DNA of 64,000 bases, taken from positions 544,001 to 608,000 of the forward strand of contig CAVRZA010000004.1 in NCBI GenBank assembly GCA_963725665.1, in the 5' to 3' direction. A program made the position numbers and the translations under genes. Source of the stretch: an uncultured Actinomycetes bacterium (GTDB lineage Bacteria > Actinomycetota > Thermoleophilia > UBA2241). The notes under the pieces were generated by a model that saw only the letters and a list, made by a program, of their open reading frames with translations, ran no database searches and was not told where the DNA came from. Shown here piece by piece: positions 31,918 to 40,923 of this stretch (the first letter of the stretch is position 1; each line of letters opens with the position of its first letter).

Positions 31918-32203
31918 GGTCTCGTTTCCTGGCACGTCACGGTTCACGCGACGCTACGACCGTGCCCAGGTCTCGGACACCCTCCTGGGCAACGCACCGT
32001 ACGACATTCACCACGATGATACGCCCCATACGTTGGCCACGTCGCCTCGACGGACCGGGATGAGCTGAACCGGTCAGCAGCTCTTTCCCTCCGCGGCGGG
32101 AGTTGGTTGACTAGCGCTACCGACCACCGGCATGGAGCGTGCCCTGCGGCACGGACCGGAGGAACGCTCCACAGCATGTACGACCCGTGAGAAGGAGGCG
32201 CGC

Positions 32204-33670
32204 GTGAAACGGAACCGCCACGCCGGGCGCAGGCGCAGCGGCGGCCTGGGCCTCGACGTCTTCACGCCCGAGGAGCTCGAGGACATCCACCTGAGCACAC
32301 TGCAGGTCCTCGAGCACACGGGGGTGCTCGTCGACGACGACGAGGCGATGGACTACTTCGCGGCGGCCGGCTGCCACGTCGACCGCGACGAAAGGATCGT
32401 CAAGATCTCGCCGCACGTGGTCGAGGAGGCGATCGCCTCGGCTCCGGCCAGCATCCTCCTCGCGGGGCGCGACCCGAAGAACGATGTCGTCCTCGAATCG
32501 AACCGCGTCGGCTTCTGCACCTTCGGCGAGGGCATCATGATCGTCGATCCGTACAGCGGCGAGCTGCGGGAACCGCTCAAGAAGGACGTCGGCGACGCCG
32601 CCAAGCTGGCCGACGCGCTGGACGATATCGACACGTTCGAGATCGCCATCGGCGCCAAGGACGCGCCTGGCGAGACGGCCTCTATCCACAACTTCGAGGC
32701 TGCCCTCGCGAACACGACGAAGTGCATCGGCGCCGGCACGCTCTCGACGGAGGAGACGGAGGCCGTCATCGACATGGCCGCCGTGGTAGCCGGCGGGCGC
32801 GAGAGCTTACGCGAGCGGCCGATCGTCTACTTGGGCGTCTGCCCGGTGAGCCCCCTCAAGCTCACCAAGGAGGTCTGCGAGGTCATCATCTCGGCCGCCA
32901 AAGCCGGCCTGCCCGACAACATCCTCTCGATGGCGATGAGCGGCGGCTCGGCCCCGGCCAACCTCGCCGGCACGCTCGTCACGCACAACGCCGAGGTCTT
33001 GAGCGGCATCACTCTGGCGCAGCTTGTCCGCCGCGGCACGCCGGTGATCTACGGCAGCTCCACGACGGCCCTCGACCTGCGCTTCGCAACGGCCTCGGTC
33101 GGCTCACCGGAGTGCGCCATGGTCAACGCCGGCGTGGCCTGTCTCGCGCGTCAGTACCGGCTGCCGAGCTACGTTGCCGGTGCGTAGGGGGATGCGAAGC
33201 TCAGTGACGCCCAGACCGGTCACGAGAAGACACTGACCGGACTGCTACCGGCGTTGGCAGGCGCCAACCTCCTGTACGGTTCGGGGATGATCGAGTCGGG
33301 AGTCACCTTCGATTTCGGGCAGCTCGTTATGGACAACGAGTTCGCGCGCATGATCAAGTTCGTGGTCGGAGGCATCAGGGTCGACGACGAGACGCTGTCG
33401 GTCGACGTCATCGCGCAGGTAGGCGCCTTCGGGGACTTCCTGAGTCACGAGGACACCTACAAGAACATGCGCATCCAGTCGCAGAGCAAGCTGATCGACC
33501 GGCGCGTGCGCGAGGACTGGGAGCAGGCCGGCTCGACCGACCTCTACACGAGGGCCTGCGCCGAAGCGCGCCGGATCCTCGAGTCGCACGAGGTCGAGCG
33601 GCTCGCCGACGACGTCACCGCGGAGGTCCGCGAGATCGTCGCACGGGCCGACCGCGCGCTCACGGCGTAG
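32204..33670 (+). CDS. mttB: Trimethylamine:corrinoid methyltransferase, pyrrolysine type (in-frame TAG 33185-33187, codon 328)
   Basis: The two ORF-track pieces share a frame and join as [26 protein letters not shown]; also LSMAMSGGSAP, GTLVTHNAEVLSGI, YGSSTT, ASVGSPE; RBS AAGGAGG before GTG 32204. Confidence 0.93.
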
Positions 33671-33808
33671 GAGGGAGAGCGTCAGCGGAGGGCAGAACGC
33701 CAGAAGGCCAAGGCGCTGACTGGGGCCCCATGGGCGTGAGCGGGGCGCAGCCCCAGGAGCTTGTGAGGCGGCGGGGCGGGTAAGCGCCGCGCTAGTCGAG
33801 GCTGAGGG

Positions 33809-34738
33809 CTAGTCGCCCGCCTCGACCAGCTTCACGAGGGCGCGCCGCGCGGCCGCGCGCACGTCGGAGACTTCGTCGTGCAAGACTCCGCGCAGCGCGC
33901 TCATGGCACTCCGGTCGCCGATCTCGCCCAAGGCAGCGGCAGCCTCACGGCGCACCAGTGCCTCGGCGCTGTCGAGGGCTTCGAGCAAGCCGGGCACGGC
34001 CGGTCGCCCCACCTGGATGAGTGCATAGGCCGCCCCCCGGCGCACCGTCTCGCGGCGCGAGGCGTCGAAGAGAAGGTCGAGCAGCGGGTCGACGGCTGCA
34101 TCGCCGATACGACCCAGGGCCCAGGCGGCGACCGAGACAGTCTGCTGGCCGCTGGCGAAGTCGCCTTGCAGAGCCTGATCGAGGGCGGCCACAAGGGGCG
34201 CGACCGACGCCTGGCCGATGTCGGCCAGCACCGCTGCCGCCACGAAGCCGACACCCGGGTCCCAGAGCGCGCCGGCGACGTGCCACGTCGCCGGCGCGCC
34301 GATCAGCTGGAGGAGCTGTGCCGCCCGGTCGCGCTGCCTGCCGTCGCTGAGGGCGCGCACCAGCGAGCGGCTGATCTGCTGCAGGGCGTCGAGGGCCAAT
34401 GGTGTCACGCTGGGGTTGGGGCCATGAAGCGCCTCGACAAGCGGCGACACCGCGGCGTCGCGGATGCGCACCAGAGCCGCGCAGGCGGCGACGCCGCCGC
34501 GGGGGAGACTGTCGACGAGCGGCTGCACGGCCTCTGGGCCGAGCGTGACGAGGGCGTCGACGGCGCGCCTGATCTCGGGCGTGGCGTCGATCATGGCCGT
34601 CAGCGGCCGCCGTTCGAGGAGCGCCACGAGCGCCCGCGCGTCGCCGAGACCGGCGGCGCCGTCTACCGCCGTGCCTACGCCGGCCGCGCCTTCGCGGGCC
34701 GCGCCCTCTCCGTCCGCTGCTGCCCGCCAGAGCTTCAC
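33809..34738 (-). CDS. HEAT/PBS-lyase repeat protein
   Basis: Repeats AAWALGRIGDAAVDPL, AAYALIQVGRPAVPGL, AAAALGEIGDRSA; GTG 6 nt after TATCAT. Confidence 0.8.
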   Translation of the reverse strand: MKLWRAAADGEGAAREGAAGVGTAVDGAAGLGDARALVALLERRPLTAMIDATPEIRRAVDALVTLGPEAVQPLVDSLPRGGVAACAALVRIRDAAVSPLVEALHGPNPSVTPLALDALQQISRSLVRALSDGRQRDRAAQLLQLIGAPATWHVAGALWDPGVGFVAAAVLADIGQASVAPLVAALDQALQGDFASGQQTVSVAAWALGRIGDAAVDPLLDLLFDASRRETVRRGAAYALIQVGRPAVPGLLEALDSAEALVRREAAAALGEIGDRSAMSALRGVLHDEVSDVRAAARRALVKLVEAGD

Positions 34739-35004
34739 GGTTCCATGATAGCCGCACAGCCGCGGTCGCATGCTTGCCTCGAGGTGCCGGCGACGGTAGC
34801 GACGCAGGCGGGCCGTCCCGACGCCGGCGGCGCGGCCGTCCCGCCGACCCCGCGCCCGCACTCTATCGGCGTCGCCGCCCCGGGGCCGCCGGTGCGGCCG
34901 CCCAGCACCGCCGCCACCGCGGTGCGCGACAGGATTCGTCGCCGCCGTGGTGAACTTGAGGCGCAAGGGTAAGGGATGCGCAAGAGGAGCCGGAAGCACC
35001 GGGA

Positions 35005-35499
35005 TTGGCTGGCGGAGAGACCCATCACGAGCGCGTCAACCGGGAGCTGATCGAGCTCCTCAACGAGCTGCGCGTCGTCCTTCCCGGAGTACAGGTCCTG
35101 TTCGCCTTCCTGCTCAGCCTGCCGTTCCTGACCCGCTTCGACCAGCTCACGACTACGCAGCGCGACGTCTACTTCGTCTCGTTCATCTGCGCCGCGGCGG
35201 CGATCGCGCTGCTCATCACGCCCTCGGCGTACCATCGCCTGCGCTTCCGCCAGCACGACAAGGAGCGCATGCTCTTCACCTCCAACCGCCTGGTGATCGC
35301 GGGGACGGTGTTCCTGGCGATCTCCCTGGTGGGGGCTATCTTCGTCGTCACCGACGTGCTCTACCGCTCGACGTTCGCCGCCGTGGTGACGGCTCTCATG
35401 AGCGGCTGGTTCGCTTGGTTCTGGTATGGGCTGCCGCTCTCTCGCCGTCTCATCGACGAGGATGCCGGGCGAGAGAAGCGAGACGACACGTCGTCCTGA
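35005..35499 (+). CDS. DUF6328-like membrane protein
   Basis: ELLNELRVVLPGVQVLFAFLL, PSAYHRLRFRQ. Confidence 0.75.
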   Translation: MAGGETHHERVNRELIELLNELRVVLPGVQVLFAFLLSLPFLTRFDQLTTTQRDVYFVSFICAAAAIALLITPSAYHRLRFRQHDKERMLFTSNRLVIAGTVFLAISLVGAIFVVTDVLYRSTFAAVVTALMSGWFAWFWYGLPLSRRLIDEDAGREKRDDTSS

Positions 35500-35681
35500 G
35501 GCCGTCGCGCTGGTCGACGCATCGTCCCACGAGTGCTGCGCGTGACGGCGCATCCTTCAAGGTAGCCGCTTTGGACCCGTAGCCCTCTGTTGCGGCGGCG
35601 CTATAGTCTTGGCGCGAGGGACGCACGCCGAGTACTCTTGCCATCGCAGGGCCGCGAGTCTTGAAGCCGGGATAGGGGCGC

Positions 35682-36518
35682 ATGAGAGTGGAGCGTAGGG
35701 ACCACCGGAGGGGACGCCGTCGTCTCGCACCTGCTCTGCTGTTGTTCGCGCTTCTCTGCTTGCCCGCATCCGCATTCGCGGCCAGCCCCAGCGCCTCGCC
35801 AACGGCGGCTGGGGCCACATCGGTGACACCGACACCTTTCTCGACGCCCGTGGTTTCTGCCACGGTCATCCCGCCAGGGTCGGGAGCGGCAGTCTTCGCG
35901 CAGAACTGCTCCGGCTGCCACGGCACCCGCGGCGAAGGCAACTCGCGCGGCCCCTTCTACGGCCCGTCGCTGCAGGCCGCCGCCTTCCCCAGCCTCGTTG
36001 CTGAGATGGTCGAGCGTGGCAGGCAGGCGCCGACGCCCGCCCGCGTGCAGATGCCGGCCTTCGCCGGCGTGTTGAGCGGCGAGCAGATCGCTGCCGTGTC
36101 CGCATACGTGTCGGGGGTGCTCTCTGACCCCGCCGCGCGCAGCGCGCAGGCGGGCGAGGGGGGCGTGATCTTCCGCCTGTACTGTTCGGGCTGTCACAGC
36201 GCGGCGGGTCGGGGCGGCGCCATCGTGAACGGCGTCAACGCGCCAAACCTGCGGTTGCATCCTGCCGCGACGGCTCTTGCCGCCGTGATCATCGGGCCGG
36301 GCAACATGCCGGTCTTCGCGGGCAACACCCTCGATACCCGCCAGCAGGCCGCCGCCGCCCGCTACGTCGAGGCCCTCCTGACGACCCCTTCGCCGGGCGG
36401 GCGCGATCTAGGGTTCATCGGTCCCGTCGCGGAGGGCTTCGCGGCGGCGATCGCCCTTGCGGCGCTGGTCGCTTTCACAGTGTGGCTCGAGTGGGGCAAG
36501 GGCAGGGCCCGTGACTGA
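35682..36518 (+). CDS. qcrC: Cytochrome bcc di-heme cytochrome c subunit
   Basis: Two CSGCH motifs, axial MPAF/MPVF, C-terminal GPVAEG plus TM helix. Confidence 0.88.
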   Translation: MRVERRDHRRGRRRLAPALLLFALLCLPASAFAASPSASPTAAGATSVTPTPFSTPVVSATVIPPGSGAAVFAQNCSGCHGTRGEGNSRGPFYGPSLQAAAFPSLVAEMVERGRQAPTPARVQMPAFAGVLSGEQIAAVSAYVSGVLSDPAARSAQAGEGGVIFRLYCSGCHSAAGRGGAIVNGVNAPNLRLHPAATALAAVIIGPGNMPVFAGNTLDTRQQAAAARYVEALLTTPSPGGRDLGFIGPVAEGFAAAIALAALVAFTVWLEWGKGRARD

Positions 36519-37425
36519 GCTGGAGGAGCGCGTGACCGAGGCCGCGGAGTCGGCGTTCGCCGGGGCGGGACCGCCGGCCGGCGAGCCGCAGCGCCCGCGG
36601 CCCGCGTGGCCGTCGGCGCTGGCGCTTCTCGCCGCCATGGCCGGCGGCGTCGGTTTCGCCTGGTCGTACGTCGTCGACGCCGGCAACGCCTGGCTCGGGG
36701 GCTTCCTTGCCCTGGGCCTCCTCGGCCTCGGCTTCGCGCTCGCCTACTGGGGGCGCGACCTCGCCGGCGACGATGAAGCCTTGGGGCGCTACCCGATCCC
36801 CTACGAGGATGCCGAGGCTCAAGTCGCCTTAGCGGCGGACGTGCAACGCGATGCGGAGGTGGTGACGCGCCGCGGCTTCCTCACCAAGCTTCTCATCGGC
36901 GGCGCGGCCGTCTTCGGTCTGAGCCAGCTCGCGCTCGTCGCCTCGCTGGGTCCGCGTCCGAGGAGCAGCTTCTACGAGGGCGCGTGGCGAGCCGGCTCCC
37001 GCCTGGTCACCTTCGACGGCCGCCCCGTGACCCGTGGCGCGCTGGCCGGCGGCGGTTTCCTCGTGGCGTTCCCGGAGGGCCACACCGACTCGGCGAACTC
37101 GCAAGTGGTGCTGCTGCGCCTGCCGACGGATCGCTTCACGCCACAGCCCGGGCGCGAGAGCTGGAGCCCCGAGGGGTTCGTCGCCTACTCGCGCGTCTGC
37201 ACGCACGCGGGCTGCGCCGTCGCGCAGTACGAGGACGAGGCTCAGGTCCTTCTCTGCCCGTGCCATCAATCGACCTTCGATGTGCTGAACGGGGCCAGGC
37301 CGATCGGCGGACCGGCGGCGCGGGCGCTGCCCCAGCTGCCCCTGGCGATCGATCCCGCCGGCGACCTCGTCGCCCAGGGTGACTTCACCGAGCCCGTCGG
37401 CCCCAAGTCCTGGACGATCCTGTGA
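36511..37425 (+). CDS. qcrA: Cytochrome bcc Rieske subunit
   Basis: CTHAGC and CPCHQSTF; two TM helices then internal Tat motif TRRGFL. Confidence 0.93.
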   Translation: MTELEERVTEAAESAFAGAGPPAGEPQRPRPAWPSALALLAAMAGGVGFAWSYVVDAGNAWLGGFLALGLLGLGFALAYWGRDLAGDDEALGRYPIPYEDAEAQVALAADVQRDAEVVTRRGFLTKLLIGGAAVFGLSQLALVASLGPRPRSSFYEGAWRAGSRLVTFDGRPVTRGALAGGGFLVAFPEGHTDSANSQVVLLRLPTDRFTPQPGRESWSPEGFVAYSRVCTHAGCAVAQYEDEAQVLLCPCHQSTFDVLNGARPIGGPAARALPQLPLAIDPAGDLVAQGDFTEPVGPKSWTIL

Positions 37426-38792
37426 GTGAGCGGACGATCATCAAAGGGCTGGCCAAGGCCTTCAACGTGTCGCAGGCAAGGACGCGCGGCGCGGCGCGCT
37501 GGGTCGGCAGGAACGTCGGCGGTAGTAGCGTGCTGCGCGAGGAGCTGCGTCACATCTTCCCCGACCACTGGTCGTTCTTCTTCGGCGAGATCGCGCTCTA
37601 CTGCTTCATCATCCTGATCGTCACGGGCGTCTTCATGGCGCTGTTCTTCAGCGCCTCGGCGGCTGAGGTCGTCTACAACGGGAGCTACGAGCCGCTCAAG
37701 GGCGTCGTCATGTCCGACGCCTACCGATCGACGGTCAACCTGAGCCTCGACGTGAGGGCCGGTCTCCTTGTGCGGCAGGTCCACCACTGGGCCGCCCTGG
37801 TGTTCGCCGCGGCACTCGGTCTGCACCTCTTCCGCATGTTCTTCACCGGCGCCTATCGCAGACCGCGCATGATCAACTGGATGGTCGGCCTCATCCTGTT
37901 CTTGCTCGTCGTCCTGAACGGCATCTTCGGCTACTCGCTGCCCGACGACCTGCTCAGCGGCACCGGCCTGCGAATCGCCTACTCGATCACGGAGTCGATA
38001 CCGCTGGTCGGTCCCTGGCTGGCCTCTCTCATGTTCGGCGGCGCGTTCCCCAGCCAGGCTCTGATACCGCGCATCTACCCGGTGCACATCTTCCTGGTGC
38101 CGGGGGCGATCGGCGCGCTGCTGGGGGTCCACCTGGGAGTGCTCTGGCTGCAGCGTCACACGCAGTTCTCCGGCCCCGGCCGCGACGAGCGAACGGTGGT
38201 GGGGACTCCGCTCATACCCGCCTACGCGTTGCGCACCGTCGGCTTCTCGCTGATCGTCGCCGGCGCGCTGGCCGTGCTCGGCGGCTTCTTCCAGATCAAC
38301 CCGGTGTGGGTGTACGGCCCCTACAAGCCTTGGGACGCAACCACGCTGGCTCAGCCCGACTGGTACACGGGCTGGCTCGAGGGGTCCGTGCGTCTCTTCC
38401 CGTCGTGGGACATCGTCATCGGCGGCTTCAGGCTGCCGGGCCTGTTCTGGCCGGCCGTCGTCCTGCCCGGCCTCGTTCTCACTCCGCTTCTCGTCTGGCC
38501 GCTGGTTGAGCGCGTCGCCACGGGCGACAGCCGCTACCACAACCTCATCGACACGCCCTGTGTCCACCCGGGACGCAGCGCCATCGCCGCCGGCACCATG
38601 ACCTTCCTCTTCACGCTGTTGTTCGCCGGCGGCGACGACGTCTGGTCGGTGCTCTTCGGCTGGCCGATCGAGTCCCTGGTGCTGGGGTTCCGCATCGCCG
38701 TGATCGTCCTGCCGCCGATCGTCGCCTTGCTCACCTACTTCACCTGCCAGGCGGCTTCGGCCGCGCGTCGGACTTCGCTCGCCGGGCGCTGA
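37422..38792 (+). CDS. qcrB: Cytochrome bcc cytochrome b subunit
   Basis: FPDHWSFFFGEIALY, RQVHHWAA, GYSLPDDLLSGTG, QPDWY. Confidence 0.95.
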   Translation: MSERTIIKGLAKAFNVSQARTRGAARWVGRNVGGSSVLREELRHIFPDHWSFFFGEIALYCFIILIVTGVFMALFFSASAAEVVYNGSYEPLKGVVMSDAYRSTVNLSLDVRAGLLVRQVHHWAALVFAAALGLHLFRMFFTGAYRRPRMINWMVGLILFLLVVLNGIFGYSLPDDLLSGTGLRIAYSITESIPLVGPWLASLMFGGAFPSQALIPRIYPVHIFLVPGAIGALLGVHLGVLWLQRHTQFSGPGRDERTVVGTPLIPAYALRTVGFSLIVAGALAVLGGFFQINPVWVYGPYKPWDATTLAQPDWYTGWLEGSVRLFPSWDIVIGGFRLPGLFWPAVVLPGLVLTPLLVWPLVERVATGDSRYHNLIDTPCVHPGRSAIAAGTMTFLFTLLFAGGDDVWSVLFGWPIESLVLGFRIAVIVLPPIVALLTYFTCQAASAARRTSLAGR

Positions 38793-38845
38793 AGGCGCGC
38801 CGGCAGGCGGGCGGCGGCCGCCCGCCGCCGGCGCGCCTTCAGCGC
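38786..38845. terminator. Bidirectional hairpin spanning the stop codons of convergent qcrB and cyoE
   Basis: gcgctgaaggcgcgccggc-a-ggcgggcgg / ccgcccgcc-gccggcgcgccttcagcgc, about 28 bp with one bulge. Confidence 0.7.
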
Positions 38846-39678
38846 AGCCTGTCGACGACCAGCGCGACGATGATCGCCGCCAGGTAGGGTCCCGAGAACT
38901 TGAAGAAGACCCAGGCGCTGCGCGCCGTCCGGCGCCGGTAGAGCCGGATCGTCAGCACCCAGAGGAGCGCGCCCGCGGCCAGGGCGACGAGCGGGTAGAC
39001 GAGACCCGAGAGGCCCCACGCCAGTGGTGCCGCGGTCAGCGCGGTGAGCACGGCGACGAGCAGGAGGATCTGCCGGCAGGTCGTCCCCTCGCCGTAGGCG
39101 ACCGACGGCGTCGGGATACCCGACGAGGCGTAGTCGTCCTTGAGGGCCAACGAGAGTGCCCAGAAGTGCGGCGGCGACCACACGACGATCAGGGCACAGA
39201 CGAAGACGATGTCGTGCGACCAGCCTCCGCCTGCCGCCGTCCAGCCGATCAGAGCGGGAAAGATGCCGGCGATGCCGCCCGGCAGGGCGCTGAGCGGCGT
39301 GCGCGGCTTGAGAAGGAGCGTGTAGACGACCACGTAGTAGACGGCGCCGCAGAGCGCGCAGACGGCCGCGGGCGTCCCGGCGATGAGAAGCAGCCCGAGG
39401 ACGCCCGCGGCCATCGCGCTCAGGCTCACGGCGAGCGCCCGGCGAGGCGACACGGCGCCGGCCGCTATCGGCCGGCGCCGTGTCCGCTCCATGCGCCGGT
39501 CGAGGTCGCGCTCGAGGTAGTTGTTGAGCATCGCCGCGCCGGCGACCGTGAGCCCGGCGGCGGCGACCACGGCCACCAGGAGCGGCGCGCTCGGCGGCCC
39601 CGCGAGCAGCATCGCCGCAACGACGGTGAGCAGGAAGAGGGCGACGACGCGCGGCTGCGCGGCTTTGATGTAGTCCAT
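38839..39678 (-). CDS. cyoE: Protoheme IX farnesyltransferase (heme O synthase)
   Basis: NNYLERDLDRRMERTRRRP, VYTLLLKPRT, WSPPHFWALS..DDY. Confidence 0.93.
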   Translation of the reverse strand: MDYIKAAQPRVVALFLLTVVAAMLLAGPPSAPLLVAVVAAAGLTVAGAAMLNNYLERDLDRRMERTRRRPIAAGAVSPRRALAVSLSAMAAGVLGLLLIAGTPAAVCALCGAVYYVVVYTLLLKPRTPLSALPGGIAGIFPALIGWTAAGGGWSHDIVFVCALIVVWSPPHFWALSLALKDDYASSGIPTPSVAYGEGTTCRQILLLVAVLTALTAAPLAWGLSGLVYPLVALAAGALLWVLTIRLYRRRTARSAWVFFKFSGPYLAAIIVALVVDRLR

Positions 39679-39918
39679 GACGCTATTGTGCCGCATGGCG
39701 CGGCGCGGCGCGCGGGTGGCGCGCGGCGGGCGCGTGTGGTCGCGCGAAACGCCGCCCACGTTGCGATTGCGCCGAGTTCGTGGATACACTCGCCTTGGGA
39801 GCGGCGCCGCCGCCGCCCCGCCACGGGCCGGCGGGGGAGGCGACGACGCCGCGGTCACGAAGGGAGCCGGAGTGGTCAGTGAGGTCCCCGCGGCCGGGCC
39901 AGGCGCCGAGACGGGGGT

Positions 39919-40923
39919 GTGCAGGGCGTGAGCAGACGCGCGCCTTTGCTCGCCGCCCTCATCCTGTTCCTCGTCCTGCTCTTGGCGGGATGCGCCAAGG
40001 ACTCCCCGACGATCCTTCGCCCTGGCTCTCCCGGCGGCACCGACATCAAGACGCTCACCATCCAGATACTGGCCATCTTGAGCGGCGTCGCCATCACCGT
40101 CTGGGTCATCCTGACGATCGTCATCATCCGCTACCGCAGGCGGCCAGAGTCGCAGGTCCGCCAGACGCGCGGCAACCTGACGATCGAGATCGTCTGGACG
40201 GCGATCCCTGCCGTCATCGTCGCCGTGCTCTTCTTCCTCACCATCCGCACGACCGGGGAGCTCGCCATCCCCGCCAGCACCCAGGTCCACTTCGCCGCGA
40301 CCGGCCACCAGTGGTGGTGGGAGTTCGAGTTCGCCGGCGGGACCTTCAAGACGGCCAACGAGATACACCTTCCGGTGGAGCAGACTGTGTCGGCCGACCT
40401 GCTCTCGACCGACGTCATCCACAGCTACTGGGTGCCGCAGCTGGGTGGCAAGGTCGACATGATACCTGGCCACATTAACCGCATCGCCTTCATCCCTGCC
40501 CAGACCGGCAGGTTCTTGGGGGAGTGCTCCGAGTACTGCGGCCATCAGCACGCCCACATGCGCTTCCTCGTGTTCGTCGTTTCATCGGCCGAGTTCGCGA
40601 CGTGGTTCGCGAACCAGCAGCTCCCGGCCCGCGCGCCGACGGGCGCACAGGCGATAGCCGGCAGTCAGTTCATCGCCACCATCGCCTGTGGCGGCTGCCA
40701 CGCCATCAGGGGGACCAGCCTGGCCGGCGTGAAGGGCCCGGATCTGACGCACTTCGGCAGCCGCACGAGCATCGCCGCCGTGACCCTGCCCAACACGCCC
40801 CAGAACCTCTCCCGCTGGATCGCCGATCCGCAGGCGGTGAAGCCCGAGACGCTCATGCCGCTCATCGCCATGCCGCCTGATCGCCTTGCGCAGGTCGTCG
40901 CCTACCTCGAGGAGCTGAAGTGA
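39919..40923 (+). CDS. ctaC: Cytochrome c oxidase subunit II with C-terminal cytochrome c (caa3 type), lipoprotein
   Basis: LLAGC lipobox, GHQWWWEF, DVIHSYWVP, CSEYCGHQHAHM (CuA), CGGCH..KPETLMP. Confidence 0.93.
   Translation: MQGVSRRAPLLAALILFLVLLLAGCAKDSPTILRPGSPGGTDIKTLTIQILAILSGVAITVWVILTIVIIRYRRRPESQVRQTRGNLTIEIVWTAIPAVIVAVLFFLTIRTTGELAIPASTQVHFAATGHQWWWEFEFAGGTFKTANEIHLPVEQTVSADLLSTDVIHSYWVPQLGGKVDMIPGHINRIAFIPAQTGRFLGECSEYCGHQHAHMRFLVFVVSSAEFATWFANQQLPARAPTGAQAIAGSQFIATIACGGCHAIRGTSLAGVKGPDLTHFGSRTSIAAVTLPNTPQNLSRWIADPQAVKPETLMPLIAMPPDRLAQVVAYLEELK

Noticed and set aside
33185-33187. mttB as a nonsense pseudogene or two separate genes
   Set aside because: The stop falls at the Pyl position, and the stretch between the two ORF calls encodes the conserved DAK..QxGHEKT motif in frame.
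31920-33810. tRNA-Pyl or pyl genes near mttB
   Set aside because: I found no CTCTAAA anticodon loop or cloverleaf in the flanks, and no PylS/B/C/D-like ORF in the window.
35555-35600. c-di-GMP-I riboswitch-like words on the minus strand (gctacgggtccaaa..ggctacc)
   Set aside because: The GGCAAA/GNRA P2 arm is missing and the orientation is opposite to the flanking genes.
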